The notes under the pieces: model-generated
The model's input: the letters and a program-made list of their open reading frames with translations, nothing else
Told to the model about the DNA's origin: nothing
The model's database searches: none
Program-made: the position numbers and the translations under genes
DNA from: a bacterium
GTDB lineage: Bacteria; Bdellovibrionota_C; UBA2361; OMII01
NCBI GenBank assembly: GCA_017853915.1
Contig: JAFMIS010000001.1
Span: 2,010-66,009, forward strand
Reading direction: 5' to 3'
DNA: 64,000 bases
Shown: piece after piece, positions 41,454-50,879 of the stretch
How the letters are laid out: every line of letters begins with the position of its first letter
How positions within the stretch are numbered: the stretch's first letter is position 1

Positions 41454-42548
41454 CTACGAATAAACAGATCCGTTCTCTACTCTAATGATCTGCAGGCTAG
41501 AATCACCAACAAGCTGTTGTGGTGGTGTTGAGGTTCCGGTGACTATGGTTTGGCGACCTTTTCGCAGAAGCGCTCCGAAAAGCCGATCGGAACGCCCCGC
41601 ATCAAGCTCAGAATCGACGTCGTCCAGCACAATCGTAGGCGACTCCTGTAAGCGCTCTTCGAGAAGATCGATCACTCCAAGCTTGAGCGATAACACCACA
41701 CTTCGCGTTTGGCCCTGAGATGCAAACGCTCTACAGTCACTCCCTTGGAGCGTTATTGCGACATCATCTCGATGGGGTCCATACGCTGTAGAGCGAAGCG
41801 CTATCTCGCGGCTTGCGACCCGTTCAAATCCTGCCGCTATATGGTCCAACGAAACCTCTCCCTCCTTGTTAACCAAATCGGACTCCAAGGTTAGTTTCAG
41901 CTCTCCATCGGTCTGGGCAAATTCGGCGTGAAAGCCCTTTGCTTTATCTGCTAATGAAATCAGAAATTTAACTCTGTTTTCAACAATTTTTCCACCGTAC
42001 TCTGTGAGTAACTCGTTCCATGGTCTCAGCTCCGCAACGGAGATTCCCGACTCCTTGAGAAGCGCCGCTTTGCTCGCTAAGGCCCTCTGGTACGCCATGA
42101 GGGTGTTTAAATAGTTCGGTTGTACATCCACCATGTGTCGGTCAAGAAACTTCCTACGGTGGGAGGGAGAGCCCTTCACAAGGGTGAGGTCAGTTGGCGA
42201 GAAGGCAACCACCGAACATACCCCCATCAGGTCCGCGACCGATTCAACCTTAGCGCCGTTTTTGTATCCCGTTCGTTCACCGGGTGAAAACGAGATACCG
42301 ATCTCGTCTGCCCCTGTTTTGTGAACGACGGTTCCAAAAACAGATGATTCACGCGAACCCCACTTAAGAAGCTCAGCGTTAGCGCTGGTTCGAAACGAAC
42401 GAGAGCCTGTCAGGATATACAGAGCCTCAACGAGATTGGTTTTCCCATTTCCATTGAGGCCAGTGATGTACACCGCTCCAGGAGCGAGCTGTACCGTTTG
42501 ATCGGCGAGGTTTCTAAAATTATAGGTCTTTAATTTCGATACATGCAC
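41454..42548 (-). CDS. recF: DNA replication and repair protein RecF
   Basis: Walker A GLNGNGKTN, SMC-like signature; follows dnaN. Confidence 0.92.
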   Translation of the reverse strand: MHVSKLKTYNFRNLADQTVQLAPGAVYITGLNGNGKTNLVEALYILTGSRSFRTSANAELLKWGSRESSVFGTVVHKTGADEIGISFSPGERTGYKNGAKVESVADLMGVCSVVAFSPTDLTLVKGSPSHRRKFLDRHMVDVQPNYLNTLMAYQRALASKAALLKESGISVAELRPWNELLTEYGGKIVENRVKFLISLADKAKGFHAEFAQTDGELKLTLESDLVNKEGEVSLDHIAAGFERVASREIALRSTAYGPHRDDVAITLQGSDCRAFASQGQTRSVVLSLKLGVIDLLEERLQESPTIVLDDVDSELDAGRSDRLFGALLRKGRQTIVTGTSTPPQQLVGDSSLQIIRVENGSVYS

Positions 42549-42630
42549 ACTGTCACCACGCTCGACGCAAACATACCAGGTACGCTGCTAGTGAGACAGG
42601 GTGCTGCAACTTTCGCCAATCGATTAAGAA

Positions 42631-43791
42631 TCAGTCCAAACGAAGCGGCATCACAATGCCGATCGATGACTCATCTGACTCAGCGTAGAATTTTCCTGGG
42701 CCGGTCTCTCCACCCAACTCAAGAATGAAGGGTTGGTTTTCACCAACAGTTCCAAGCGTGTCAATCAAATAGCGCGCGTTAAATCCTACCGAGAAGTCTC
42801 GTCCCTTGTATTGAACTTCAAGCTCTTCTTGAGCCTCACCAACCTCGGGAGATGAGCTTGATATCCGTACAAGGTTTGGGAAGAAGTCGAGACGAACGCC
42901 CTTATTTTTATCACTCACAACCAACGAAACACGTTTGAGAGCCTGCGCTAGGTGCGAGCTCAGCACCGCGATCTTGGTACCAGCCGCTTTTGGAAGCACC
43001 TGCTCGTAGTTTGGAAACTCACTATCAACGAGCTGTACCACGAGTTTCCACGATGAGCCCTGCACAACGAGGAAGCCCTGAATTACATCAACACCGACCG
43101 GCGCATCACCAACCGCTTCGAGTGCCTTACGCACCTCTGTCAAACCCTTGCGGGGAACGATGATGTGGTCTGTTACACCATCTCCCTTTTTGCTTCCCTT
43201 CTCCGTCAGCCCAGTAAAAGCAACTCCCTCAAGTGGTCGTGTGATGAGCGCGAGTCGATGCCCATCGGTCGCGACCATACGCAAGCAATGCGCGCGGCCC
43301 TCCTTCACGAGTTCCATACACACGCCATTCATGTTGTATCGTCCCTCGTCGAGAGAAACTGCGTAGAGGGTTTTATTGATCATTTCGCTCAGCGTCTGCG
43401 CTGAGATCTTACTCTTAGTCTCAAGGCTAAGACCTGGTGGAACTGGATACTCCTCCGCTCCGATACCAACTATCTTTAATTTTGAGCTCCCCGCGCTTAC
43501 TTCAACTCTATCGCGCTCCCCAGCTCGAATAGTCACTTCACCATCCGGCAACTCACGCACGAGATCGCCGAAAACCTTCGCTCCGACCGTAATGGAACCC
43601 TTCTTTTTTACCGTCGCGCCACACGACGCTACGGCTGTAATCTCAAGGTCACTTGCCGTGACTTTAAAATTCTTATCCTCAGCGCTTAAGAGTAGATTTC
43701 CTAAAATAGGCATCGTTGACTTCTTCTCGGCTATCGCCAACGTGATGTGAAGGAGTTTTGAAAGCTCTGATTTCGGAATTGTGATCTCCAT
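42631..43791 (-). CDS. dnaN: DNA polymerase III beta sliding clamp
   Basis: 386-aa three-domain clamp beginning MEITIPKSELSKLL; follows dnaA. Confidence 0.93.
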   Translation of the reverse strand: MEITIPKSELSKLLHITLAIAEKKSTMPILGNLLLSAEDKNFKVTASDLEITAVASCGATVKKKGSITVGAKVFGDLVRELPDGEVTIRAGERDRVEVSAGSSKLKIVGIGAEEYPVPPGLSLETKSKISAQTLSEMINKTLYAVSLDEGRYNMNGVCMELVKEGRAHCLRMVATDGHRLALITRPLEGVAFTGLTEKGSKKGDGVTDHIIVPRKGLTEVRKALEAVGDAPVGVDVIQGFLVVQGSSWKLVVQLVDSEFPNYEQVLPKAAGTKIAVLSSHLAQALKRVSLVVSDKNKGVRLDFFPNLVRISSSSPEVGEAQEELEVQYKGRDFSVGFNARYLIDTLGTVGENQPFILELGGETGPGKFYAESDESSIGIVMPLRLD

Positions 43792-43939
43792 TCGACTTCC
43801 TATTTGTACTTAGATATTTAATAAAGATAGTGAATAGTAATAAGTAAGGCTTCTCTCTGGGGAAAATCAACTTAAACTTTTGTTTTTTTTATACTTCATA
43901 GCGATCAAAAGGTGTGAAAAAACTCTGGGTAATTTTCTA

Positions 43940-44190
43940 AATTTTCCACACCCCATCCCAGCACCACCGCCCCGACGTAGTAGCTGACGCGTTATACCCA
44001 ACTTATCCACAACCTTTTCCACACCACTCACGAACTGAACGCATAGACAGAGTGGATAAACATATCGTGAGGGGCTTTTGTTGGTTGTGGAAAAAGATGT
44101 TGAAAGACACTGGAAAAGAGAGATATCCACAGAAGGTATAAACTGTGGATATGGTTACTATATTATTGATTTTATTGAATTTACCCGAGT
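43940..44190. promoter_or_regulatory. DnaA-box cluster plus AT-rich tract between dnaA and dnaN (candidate oriC / dnaN promoter region)
   Basis: It holds at least 7 matches to TTATCCACA in both orientations: TTTTCCACA 43942, TTATCCACA 44003, TTTTCCACA 44015, GTGGATAAA 44052, TGTGGAAAA 44087, ATATCCACA 44123 and TGTGGATAT 44145. The AT-rich tattattgattttattgaattt follows. Confidence 0.6.
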
Positions 44191-45836
44191 ATTGATTTCT
44201 CGATACTTTCGATTATCCCCTTAACTTCCGCATCTGTTGATAACTTGCTTGATACGACCGTAGCCGCATGAATAACGCTTGAATGATCACGCCCACCAAA
44301 GTGCTCGCCGATCTCAGGGTATGAGGCAGTCGTGTGTTTACGACAGAGATACATCGCGATGTGACGGGGAAAGGAGAGGTTCTTGGTACGCCGCTTTGAG
44401 ATTATCTCGCTGACTTTGATATTGAAGTGAGTAGCAACCGCCTTTTTGATGTCATCGACCGTGACATGCACAACTTTTGGTTGCAAGAGCGGCTTCAAAG
44501 CAGCTTTCGCCATTTCGAGCGAGATAGGAACGCTTTGAATAGAGCTTACCGCGTGTAGTCGCGTCAGAGCACCCTCAAGCTCACGAACGTTCGACGAGAT
44601 CTTCTCAGCGATTAAGTGACTTACCTCGTGCGGAAGATTGAATTCATCTACGAGCGCTTTCTGTTTAAGGATCGCCACGCGGGTTTCGAAGTCAGGTGCC
44701 TGTAAATCAGCAGTAAGTCCCCATGAGAAACGAGTTTGTAGTCGCTCCTCAATTCCAGGAATATCGGTAGGAATTTTATCGGAAGTGATAACGATCTGAC
44801 GTTTGGCGCTGTAGAGAGCGTTGAAGGTGTGGAAGAACTCCTCCTGTGTGCGCTCCTTTCCACTAATGAACTGAATATCATCAATTAAGAGAACTTCGAT
44901 GGTTCGAAGGCGACGCTTAAATTCATCCATCTTGGCGTGACGGAGAGCAAGAATCAGCTCGTTGGTAAATGTCTCCGATGACATGTACAAGACTCGCGAG
45001 GACGGCGATCGCTGCAGGACAGCATTACCGATCGCGTGCAGTAAGTGAGTCTTTCCAAGACCTACGCCTCCATAGATGAAGAGCGGGTTGTAGCTTTGGC
45101 CCGGTTTCTCCGCCACTCGCATAGCGGCCGCGTGACAGAACTGATTGCTATTTCCAACGACAAAGTCAGCGAACGTGTAGCGAGGGTTAATATTATTATA
45201 GACCTGAGTGTCAATCGGATCAGGCCGATTATCCGCAGTATTCTGAGAGTTCTGAGGTTGCTGCTCCGAGTCCCCCGCCTCAGTCTTTCGAACCCTCCTT
45301 ACGACAAACGGCGTTGGAATTTTACGCTCATCGTCACCCTGCTCATCCGACTCAGCCGGGCGCTCAACAGGAACAACGGAGAGAGACAACTCTCCGCATG
45401 CCGCGTAGTGAGCCAATCGATCTCGCAACGAGCTCGCGAATCGAGATGTAACGTAGTTGCATATTAATCGCGATGGGCCTCGAACGATAACATGCGCTGT
45501 TGTTGAAGCGGCAGCATCCAACTCCAATGGCTCTATGTATGCCGCGACGATGTGTTGGTTAGCGTTCTTGCATACATCAGCGATCGCAAGCGCCCAACAC
45601 TGTTCAATCGTATTTTCTTGAGCGCTCTCGAGCGAGTTGCTGTGAAGAGATTGCTCACCTAATGATTCTCTGCTGGAATTTTTTTGATTGGTGGAAAGAG
45701 AAGATGAAGCTGAGATGATCTCAGCAGCGTCGATATCGCTCGGGCCAAAAGATTCTGGCACCAGATTTTCGCTCATCGTTCCTCTCACTGTGGTGAACCC
45801 GAGGCGGAGACATGTCGTGATGACGCGCCCCGCCAT
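44181..45836 (-). CDS. dnaA: chromosomal replication initiator DnaA
   Basis: AAA+ Walker A GGVGLGKTHLLHAIG and a C-terminal DnaA-box-binding domain. It has an unusual Ser-rich N-terminal extension; the true start may be the Met at about 45776. Confidence 0.95.
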   Translation of the reverse strand: MAGRVITTCLRLGFTTVRGTMSENLVPESFGPSDIDAAEIISASSSLSTNQKNSSRESLGEQSLHSNSLESAQENTIEQCWALAIADVCKNANQHIVAAYIEPLELDAAASTTAHVIVRGPSRLICNYVTSRFASSLRDRLAHYAACGELSLSVVPVERPAESDEQGDDERKIPTPFVVRRVRKTEAGDSEQQPQNSQNTADNRPDPIDTQVYNNINPRYTFADFVVGNSNQFCHAAAMRVAEKPGQSYNPLFIYGGVGLGKTHLLHAIGNAVLQRSPSSRVLYMSSETFTNELILALRHAKMDEFKRRLRTIEVLLIDDIQFISGKERTQEEFFHTFNALYSAKRQIVITSDKIPTDIPGIEERLQTRFSWGLTADLQAPDFETRVAILKQKALVDEFNLPHEVSHLIAEKISSNVRELEGALTRLHAVSSIQSVPISLEMAKAALKPLLQPKVVHVTVDDIKKAVATHFNIKVSEIISKRRTKNLSFPRHIAMYLCRKHTTASYPEIGEHFGGRDHSSVIHAATVVSSKLSTDAEVKGIIESIEKSILG

Positions 45837-46115
45837 CTGAAGGCAGAAGAAGCGTTATAGTACGGGGGGAAAATTTTACAAGAATTTAGATGAAATTTTT
45901 TGAAGCGAGCCCGAGTGGATGGTAGCGCCGAAAAGCGCTTATTTCAAGTGAATTAAACAAAAATTCCTGCGAGTGCTCGCGGTTGATTTTGGAGTCCTCG
46001 CGCGTGGGCTGCGCTAAGTGCGCGATTGTGACCTTGAGTGCCCTATACAACGTAGCAAGCGTTTGCCTTCTTTCCCCTAATCTTATACAACATAGCCCGG
46101 CAAAGCCGCTTAGTT

Positions 46116-46841
46116 ATGGAAAACCATTACACCTATTTTCACTCTCTCGGTTTGACCGACGCTAACCATCAAAAGCTGGCAACAGCGATCGCGGTTGGCA
46201 TGGCGCTTATCTTTATTGGCGCGGGGTGTGCTAAGACCCTCTCACGAAAGAGAAATAGACTAGGCGCGCAAGATGGAGTCGTTCCTGACGCGAAAATTAC
46301 GTCGGCCGGGATAGCTGATTTTCTGATTGATAGCTTGGTGTCGTTTCAGGATTCGATATTGGGCAAGGAGAATCGCAAGTACCTACCAATTACAGGGACC
46401 GTATTTCTCTACGTTTTTGTTCTTAATGTCATTGGTCTTATTCCGGGAATCCCAGCGGCAACCACGTCCGTATGGACAACGGTTCCCGTAGCGCTCTTCA
46501 TCTTCCTCTCTTTTAACTACTACGGAATTAAAGAGCAGGGTTGTGTGCACTACATAAAGCACTTTGCTGGGCCGGTGTGGTGGCTGGCATTCCTCATCTT
46601 TCCGCTTGAGGTATTTGGAACGTTTCTTCGTATTCTCACTCTAAACCTTCGTCTTTATTGGAATATATCCGCTGACCACATGGTTCTAGGGACATTTACA
46701 GGGCTCGTCCCGTACCTGGTTCCAGTAATATTCTACGCGCTTGGAACATTTGTCTGTTTTATGCAGGCATTCGTTCCCACAGTTCTCACAATGATATACA
46801 TTATGCTCGCCACGCAGCACGAAGAGAGCGAGCACCACTGA
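46116..46841 (+). CDS. atpB: F1Fo ATP synthase subunit a
   Basis: 241-aa polytopic protein with a conserved Arg-containing helix (LTLNLRLYWNI) typical of subunit a; directly followed by subunit c. Confidence 0.88.
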   Translation: MENHYTYFHSLGLTDANHQKLATAIAVGMALIFIGAGCAKTLSRKRNRLGAQDGVVPDAKITSAGIADFLIDSLVSFQDSILGKENRKYLPITGTVFLYVFVLNVIGLIPGIPAATTSVWTTVPVALFIFLSFNYYGIKEQGCVHYIKHFAGPVWWLAFLIFPLEVFGTFLRILTLNLRLYWNISADHMVLGTFTGLVPYLVPVIFYALGTFVCFMQAFVPTVLTMIYIMLATQHEESEHH

Positions 46842-46888
46842 GTATTAGATCGCTTTTATAAGTTTCACGTAGCATCAACAACAAGGAG

Positions 46889-47218
46889 ATGAAGATGAAA
46901 ACATTAGGAAAAATCGCACAAAAGTTCGCCTACAGCGCCGCGGCTCTCGTAGCTGCCGTTGCTCCGATCGCTTCAGCTGTAGCTGAGGATGGTCACGCTG
47001 CTGGCGGTTCATCGTTTGGCCCTATTGGCGCCGGTTTAGCGATCGGTTTGGCTGTAATTGGTGGCGGCATGGGACAGGGAAAGGCTGTGGCAGCGATGCT
47101 TGAGTCGTTCGGTCGCAACCCATCAGTTGGCGGAAAGCTTCTCGTACCGATGCTTATCGGTATGGCGCTGATCGAGTCGCTCGTAATTCTCGCCTTCCTA
47201 ATCGCTCTCAAAGCCTAA
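46889..47218 (+). CDS. atpE: F1Fo ATP synthase subunit c, with an N-terminal extension of about 35 aa
   Basis: Hairpin core GAGLAIGLAVIGGGMGQGKAV...LIGMALIESLVILAFLIAL with the ion-binding Glu. An extra signal-peptide-like N-terminus gives 109 aa total. Confidence 0.9.
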   Translation: MKMKTLGKIAQKFAYSAAALVAAVAPIASAVAEDGHAAGGSSFGPIGAGLAIGLAVIGGGMGQGKAVAAMLESFGRNPSVGGKLLVPMLIGMALIESLVILAFLIALKA

Positions 47219-47251
47219 GAAGCCTAGAAGAGCGTTGACGCTACAAGAGAG

Positions 47252-47290
47252 GAGGGGGTCGTCGAAAGATGACCCCCTCTTTTTATTTGA
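47252..47290 (+). terminator. rho-independent terminator after atpE
   Basis: GAGGGGGTC-(10 nt loop)-GACCCCCTC, a perfect 9-bp stem, followed by TTTTTATTT. Confidence 0.7.
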
Positions 47291-47337
47291 AAGCTATCCT
47301 CAAGTTGCTCACTGGTTTTCCTCCAGCAGCCAACAGG

Positions 47338-47471
47338 TTATCCACAGGATTTGTGTTGTGCTGTGGAAAACTACCCTAACAAGCTGGAAGTAGAGCATAA
47401 AAATATCCACACTTTAACCTGGTTAAAATCTTTTCCACAGGCAGGTGTGGATAGCGTGGATAATTCCACAG
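47338..47471. promoter_or_regulatory. second DnaA-box cluster (candidate oriC half / DnaA titration region)
   Basis: TTATCCACA (perfect) at 47338, TGTGGAAAA 47362, ATATCCACA 47403, TTTTCCACA 47431, TGTGGATAG 47446, GTGGATAAT 47456 and ATTCCACAG 47463. It lies in an intergenic region between atpE and trxB. Confidence 0.6.
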
Positions 47472-47529
47472 GCATAAAAAAAGCGCCCGAGTGGGCGCTT
47501 ACAACTACTGAGTGATTGGTTCATCGCTT

Positions 47530-48498
47530 TTACTGATGGTGGGACTCGAGCCACCGCTCAGCTTCGATAGCGGCCATACACCCTGAGCCCGCGGCTGTGA
47601 TGGCTTGACGAAAGACGTGATCCTGAACATCTCCGCACACGAATACGCCTGGCACTCGAGTGGAGGCAGAGTTTGGTTCATGAAGAAGATACCCGTTTGA
47701 ATCCATACCGAGCTGTTCAACAAATAGCTGCGAGTTGGGCGTATGCCCAATCGCCACAAAGAGCGCATCGGTCGCAAGTGTTGAGGTCTCTTTTGTTTGA
47801 GTATCCTCGAGTACAAGACCGGTTACGCCATCCTTCTTGGAGCCCTCGACCGATACAACGTGCTTGTTCCACACCATCTCAATCTTTGGATTGGAGAGCA
47901 CCCGATCCTGCATGATCTTTGACGCGCGCAGGTTCTCTCGGCGGTGTATCAAGTAGAGCTTGCTCGCGAAGCGGGTTAAAAAAGAAGCCTCCTCACACGC
48001 GGAATCGCCACCACCAACCACGGCAATTACCTTGTTGCGGAAAAACGCCCCGTCACACGTGGCACACGTTGAAACACCAAAACCCAATAATTCACGCTCA
48101 TTTTTGGCCCCTATGTACTTGGGCGCGGCGCCAGTGGCGATGATCAGCGAGTCGCAACTGTAAGAACCTGACTGGCCCTGCAAGGTAAAAGGTCTACGAG
48201 AGAGATCGGCTTTCATCACCGTATCCACAACAACGGTCGTGCCGAATCGAGATGCTTGTTTCTCCATGAGTTGCATGAGCTCAGGTCCCATAACGCCCTC
48301 GGGAAAGCCCGGAAAATTCTCAACATCCGTTGTGGTTGTAAGCTGTCCACCAGCCAATGGCCCATGCAACAGAAGTGGCGAGAGATTAGCGCGCGCGGTG
48401 TAGATAGCCGCGGTAAGCCCGGCGGGGCCAGAGCCTAAAATGATAACTTTGTGATGAGTCACGGGTGCAGTAGGATTGGTCATACACGCCTTACGCAA
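47530..48498 (-). CDS. trxB: thioredoxin reductase (NADPH)
   Basis: FAD motif GSGPAGLTAA, redox-active CATCDG, NADPH motif GGGDSA; 322 aa. Confidence 0.92.
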   Translation of the reverse strand: MRKACMTNPTAPVTHHKVIILGSGPAGLTAAIYTARANLSPLLLHGPLAGGQLTTTTDVENFPGFPEGVMGPELMQLMEKQASRFGTTVVVDTVMKADLSRRPFTLQGQSGSYSCDSLIIATGAAPKYIGAKNERELLGFGVSTCATCDGAFFRNKVIAVVGGGDSACEEASFLTRFASKLYLIHRRENLRASKIMQDRVLSNPKIEMVWNKHVVSVEGSKKDGVTGLVLEDTQTKETSTLATDALFVAIGHTPNSQLFVEQLGMDSNGYLLHEPNSASTRVPGVFVCGDVQDHVFRQAITAAGSGCMAAIEAERWLESHHQ

Positions 48499-48518
48499 AA
48501 AAGGGTTCGGTAGCCGCA

Positions 48519-50108
48519 GTGTATTCTAGGATTAAAAAGTTACTGATTGCAAATAGAGGTGAGATCGCCCGTCGAATTATTCGAGCCTGCGAGAGTCTGG
48601 GAATTGAGACGGTACTCGTGGCCTCGGATCCAGACCAAAAGTCACTGGCCGCTCAGGAAGCTGGAGGGGTCGTCGCGCTTGCTGGCTCAACGGCTCGTGA
48701 AACCTATCTTAACAAGGAGGCGATAATCGCCGCCGCCCGATCTACGGGTTGCGACGCGATACACCCTGGATATGGCTTTCTTTCGGAGGATGGCGATTTC
48801 GCCCAAGCCGTTATCGACGCCGGATTGATATTTGTTGGTCCATCGCCCCAAAGCATTCGGGCGCTTGGTGTTAAAACCACAGCTCGCGAGACGGTAACCC
48901 GGGCGGGGGTCCCTGTGACGCCGGGCAGCTTTTCAGCTGGATCTGATGAGGACCTAGAGCGGGCAGCTCATGGGATTGGGCTTCCGGTCATAATAAAGGC
49001 GGCCGCTGGCGGGGGTGGGCGTGGAATGCGGATCGTTCGGGCGATCGAGGAGATGCGCGAGTCCCTTGCGCAAGCCAGGTCGGAAGCGCTCAAGAATTTC
49101 GGCAGTCCGGATGTTTTCATCGAGAAATATATCGAGGAGCCGAGGCACGTTGAGGTGCAGATTTTCGGAGATACTCACGGAAAGGTTATTCATTTCGGGA
49201 CCCGAGACTGCTCAAGTCAACGACGTCACCAAAAGCTTCTGGAGGAGGCACCGGCGCCCTTTCTTGATCCTGACATCCGCGAGAAGATCCACCATGCGGC
49301 GGTTGCTGCAGCGAAAAGCGTTGGCTACTACAACGCAGGCACTGCGGAGTTCCTCGTGAAGGGGCGTGATTTTTACTTCCTTGAGATAAACACGAGGATT
49401 CAAGTGGAGCACCCAATTACCGAGGCTATTACCGGGATCGATCTCGTCGCGCTTCAAATAAAAGTCGCGATGGGAGAGCCTCTTCCATGTGAGCAGAGCG
49501 AGGTACGTTTTCAGGGTCATGCGATCGAGCTCCGAATTAACGCCGAAGATAGCATGGAGGGATTTCGACCCGCGACGGGAACGATTGCCTCATGGACACG
49601 AGCAAGCATAGTCGGCATTCGAGAGGATAGCGGTTACCAAGAGGGAGACACGATACCGCCTTTTTACGATTCACTCCTTAGTAAGGTGATAGTGCGCGGT
49701 GAAACGAGGGCTCACGCGCTCTCAGAGGCCTTTCAGTTTTTACGAGGATACGCCATTGAGGGCGTACCTACGACGATTCCATTTCATGCCTGGATCCTCT
49801 CCAATCCGCAGTTCCAAGAGAACGGCATCGATATCGGGTATGTTGAAAGAACGTTTACCGCGGAGGGGGCGCGCGAGGCGCTAGCACTCCTTGCGCGAGA
49901 TCCGGCCCATCGAGAGCCGGGACCAGATGGCTCTCCATACCAGGAGATCGTGACGGGGAGCGCGCTTCCAGCCGGCGCTGTATCACTTACTGTGGTGCAT
50001 GAGCAGGGGGGCACATTTCTCGCGGTCCCAGTTGATGCTCACGGACAAACCTTGCCTAAAGAGCATTGGCGACGCGCGCTCACTCGAGCCGCGCTTGTGG
50101 GCTCATGA
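48519..50108 (+). CDS. accC: biotin carboxylase (ATP-grasp) with an unassigned C-terminal extension of about 80 aa
   Basis: The N-terminus KKLLIANRGEIARRIIRA and the ATP-grasp core match biotin carboxylase. There is no biotinyl (AMKM) motif. No BCCP or carboxyltransferase gene is adjacent. Confidence 0.8.
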   Translation: MYSRIKKLLIANRGEIARRIIRACESLGIETVLVASDPDQKSLAAQEAGGVVALAGSTARETYLNKEAIIAAARSTGCDAIHPGYGFLSEDGDFAQAVIDAGLIFVGPSPQSIRALGVKTTARETVTRAGVPVTPGSFSAGSDEDLERAAHGIGLPVIIKAAAGGGGRGMRIVRAIEEMRESLAQARSEALKNFGSPDVFIEKYIEEPRHVEVQIFGDTHGKVIHFGTRDCSSQRRHQKLLEEAPAPFLDPDIREKIHHAAVAAAKSVGYYNAGTAEFLVKGRDFYFLEINTRIQVEHPITEAITGIDLVALQIKVAMGEPLPCEQSEVRFQGHAIELRINAEDSMEGFRPATGTIASWTRASIVGIREDSGYQEGDTIPPFYDSLLSKVIVRGETRAHALSEAFQFLRGYAIEGVPTTIPFHAWILSNPQFQENGIDIGYVERTFTAEGAREALALLARDPAHREPGPDGSPYQEIVTGSALPAGAVSLTVVHEQGGTFLAVPVDAHGQTLPKEHWRRALTRAALVGS

Positions 50109-50145
50109 TCGTTCGCTCGCGCGACTACCGCACTCGACGAAAGCG

Positions 50146-50868
50146 CTACACGAGACGAAGATCTTTCAACGCCTGATCAGATAGCTCATGGAGATAGGGA
50201 CTCTCAAGAGTCATTGACTGACCCGTGGTCGGATGCTGAAACCTAATCGTACACGCGTGGAGGAAAAATTCACGTTGGGCGACACACAAGCCGCTTAGCG
50301 AGGAGCGTGCTCCGTAGAGAGCGTCACCTACCAACGGATGCCCCACATATGCCGCGTGGGCGCGAATCTGATGTCGTCGCGCCGGAGAGGCAACAGCCTC
50401 CACAAGGGAGCAGTTGATCACTGGATTGAAGGAGAGGGGCGAAAACACGGTAGTGCCTGGGAGGGCCCGAGCGCTCTTTGGGGGTTCATTTTCGTATACG
50501 CGCACCTTCGCTGCTCCACGGTGAGGCGATCCGATAAACGAAGACAAGGTGCGACGGGTCGTAAAATCTCCTTCAACGAGCGCGACATAGGTCTTCTGAA
50601 TCGAACCGGCCAGCAGCTCCTCAAACAGTTTCTGCCACACATCGCGAGACTTCGCGCCCAGTACGATGCCGCTTGTTTCGCGATCAAGTCGCTGAATAAG
50701 TCCAGCATCGCCAGAAGCCGGGGATGCCTGAGCGAGGTCTGGATAGTGCGTAAGGAGCAGATCCGCCAGCGACGCGCCCCCACCGCTACGGAGCTGTACC
50801 GTATGGAGACCGGCCGGCTTGTAGGCAGCAAAAACGCAATCATCGTTGTAGAGCAGGGTGAGAGACAT
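50146..50868 (-). CDS. RluA-family pseudouridine synthase
   Basis: Catalytic motif HRLDRETSG, 240 aa. Confidence 0.85.
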   Translation of the reverse strand: MSLTLLYNDDCVFAAYKPAGLHTVQLRSGGGASLADLLLTHYPDLAQASPASGDAGLIQRLDRETSGIVLGAKSRDVWQKLFEELLAGSIQKTYVALVEGDFTTRRTLSSFIGSPHRGAAKVRVYENEPPKSARALPGTTVFSPLSFNPVINCSLVEAVASPARRHQIRAHAAYVGHPLVGDALYGARSSLSGLCVAQREFFLHACTIRFQHPTTGQSMTLESPYLHELSDQALKDLRLV

Positions 50869-50879
50869 CGTGTGTAGAA

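Noticed and set aside
46889-47218. Possible Na+-specificity of the c subunit (Q in GQG, E-S in ALIESLV)
   Set aside because: Only part of the Na+-binding signature (Q, E, S) is present. The T and Y positions are not conserved, which is insufficient to claim Na+ coupling.
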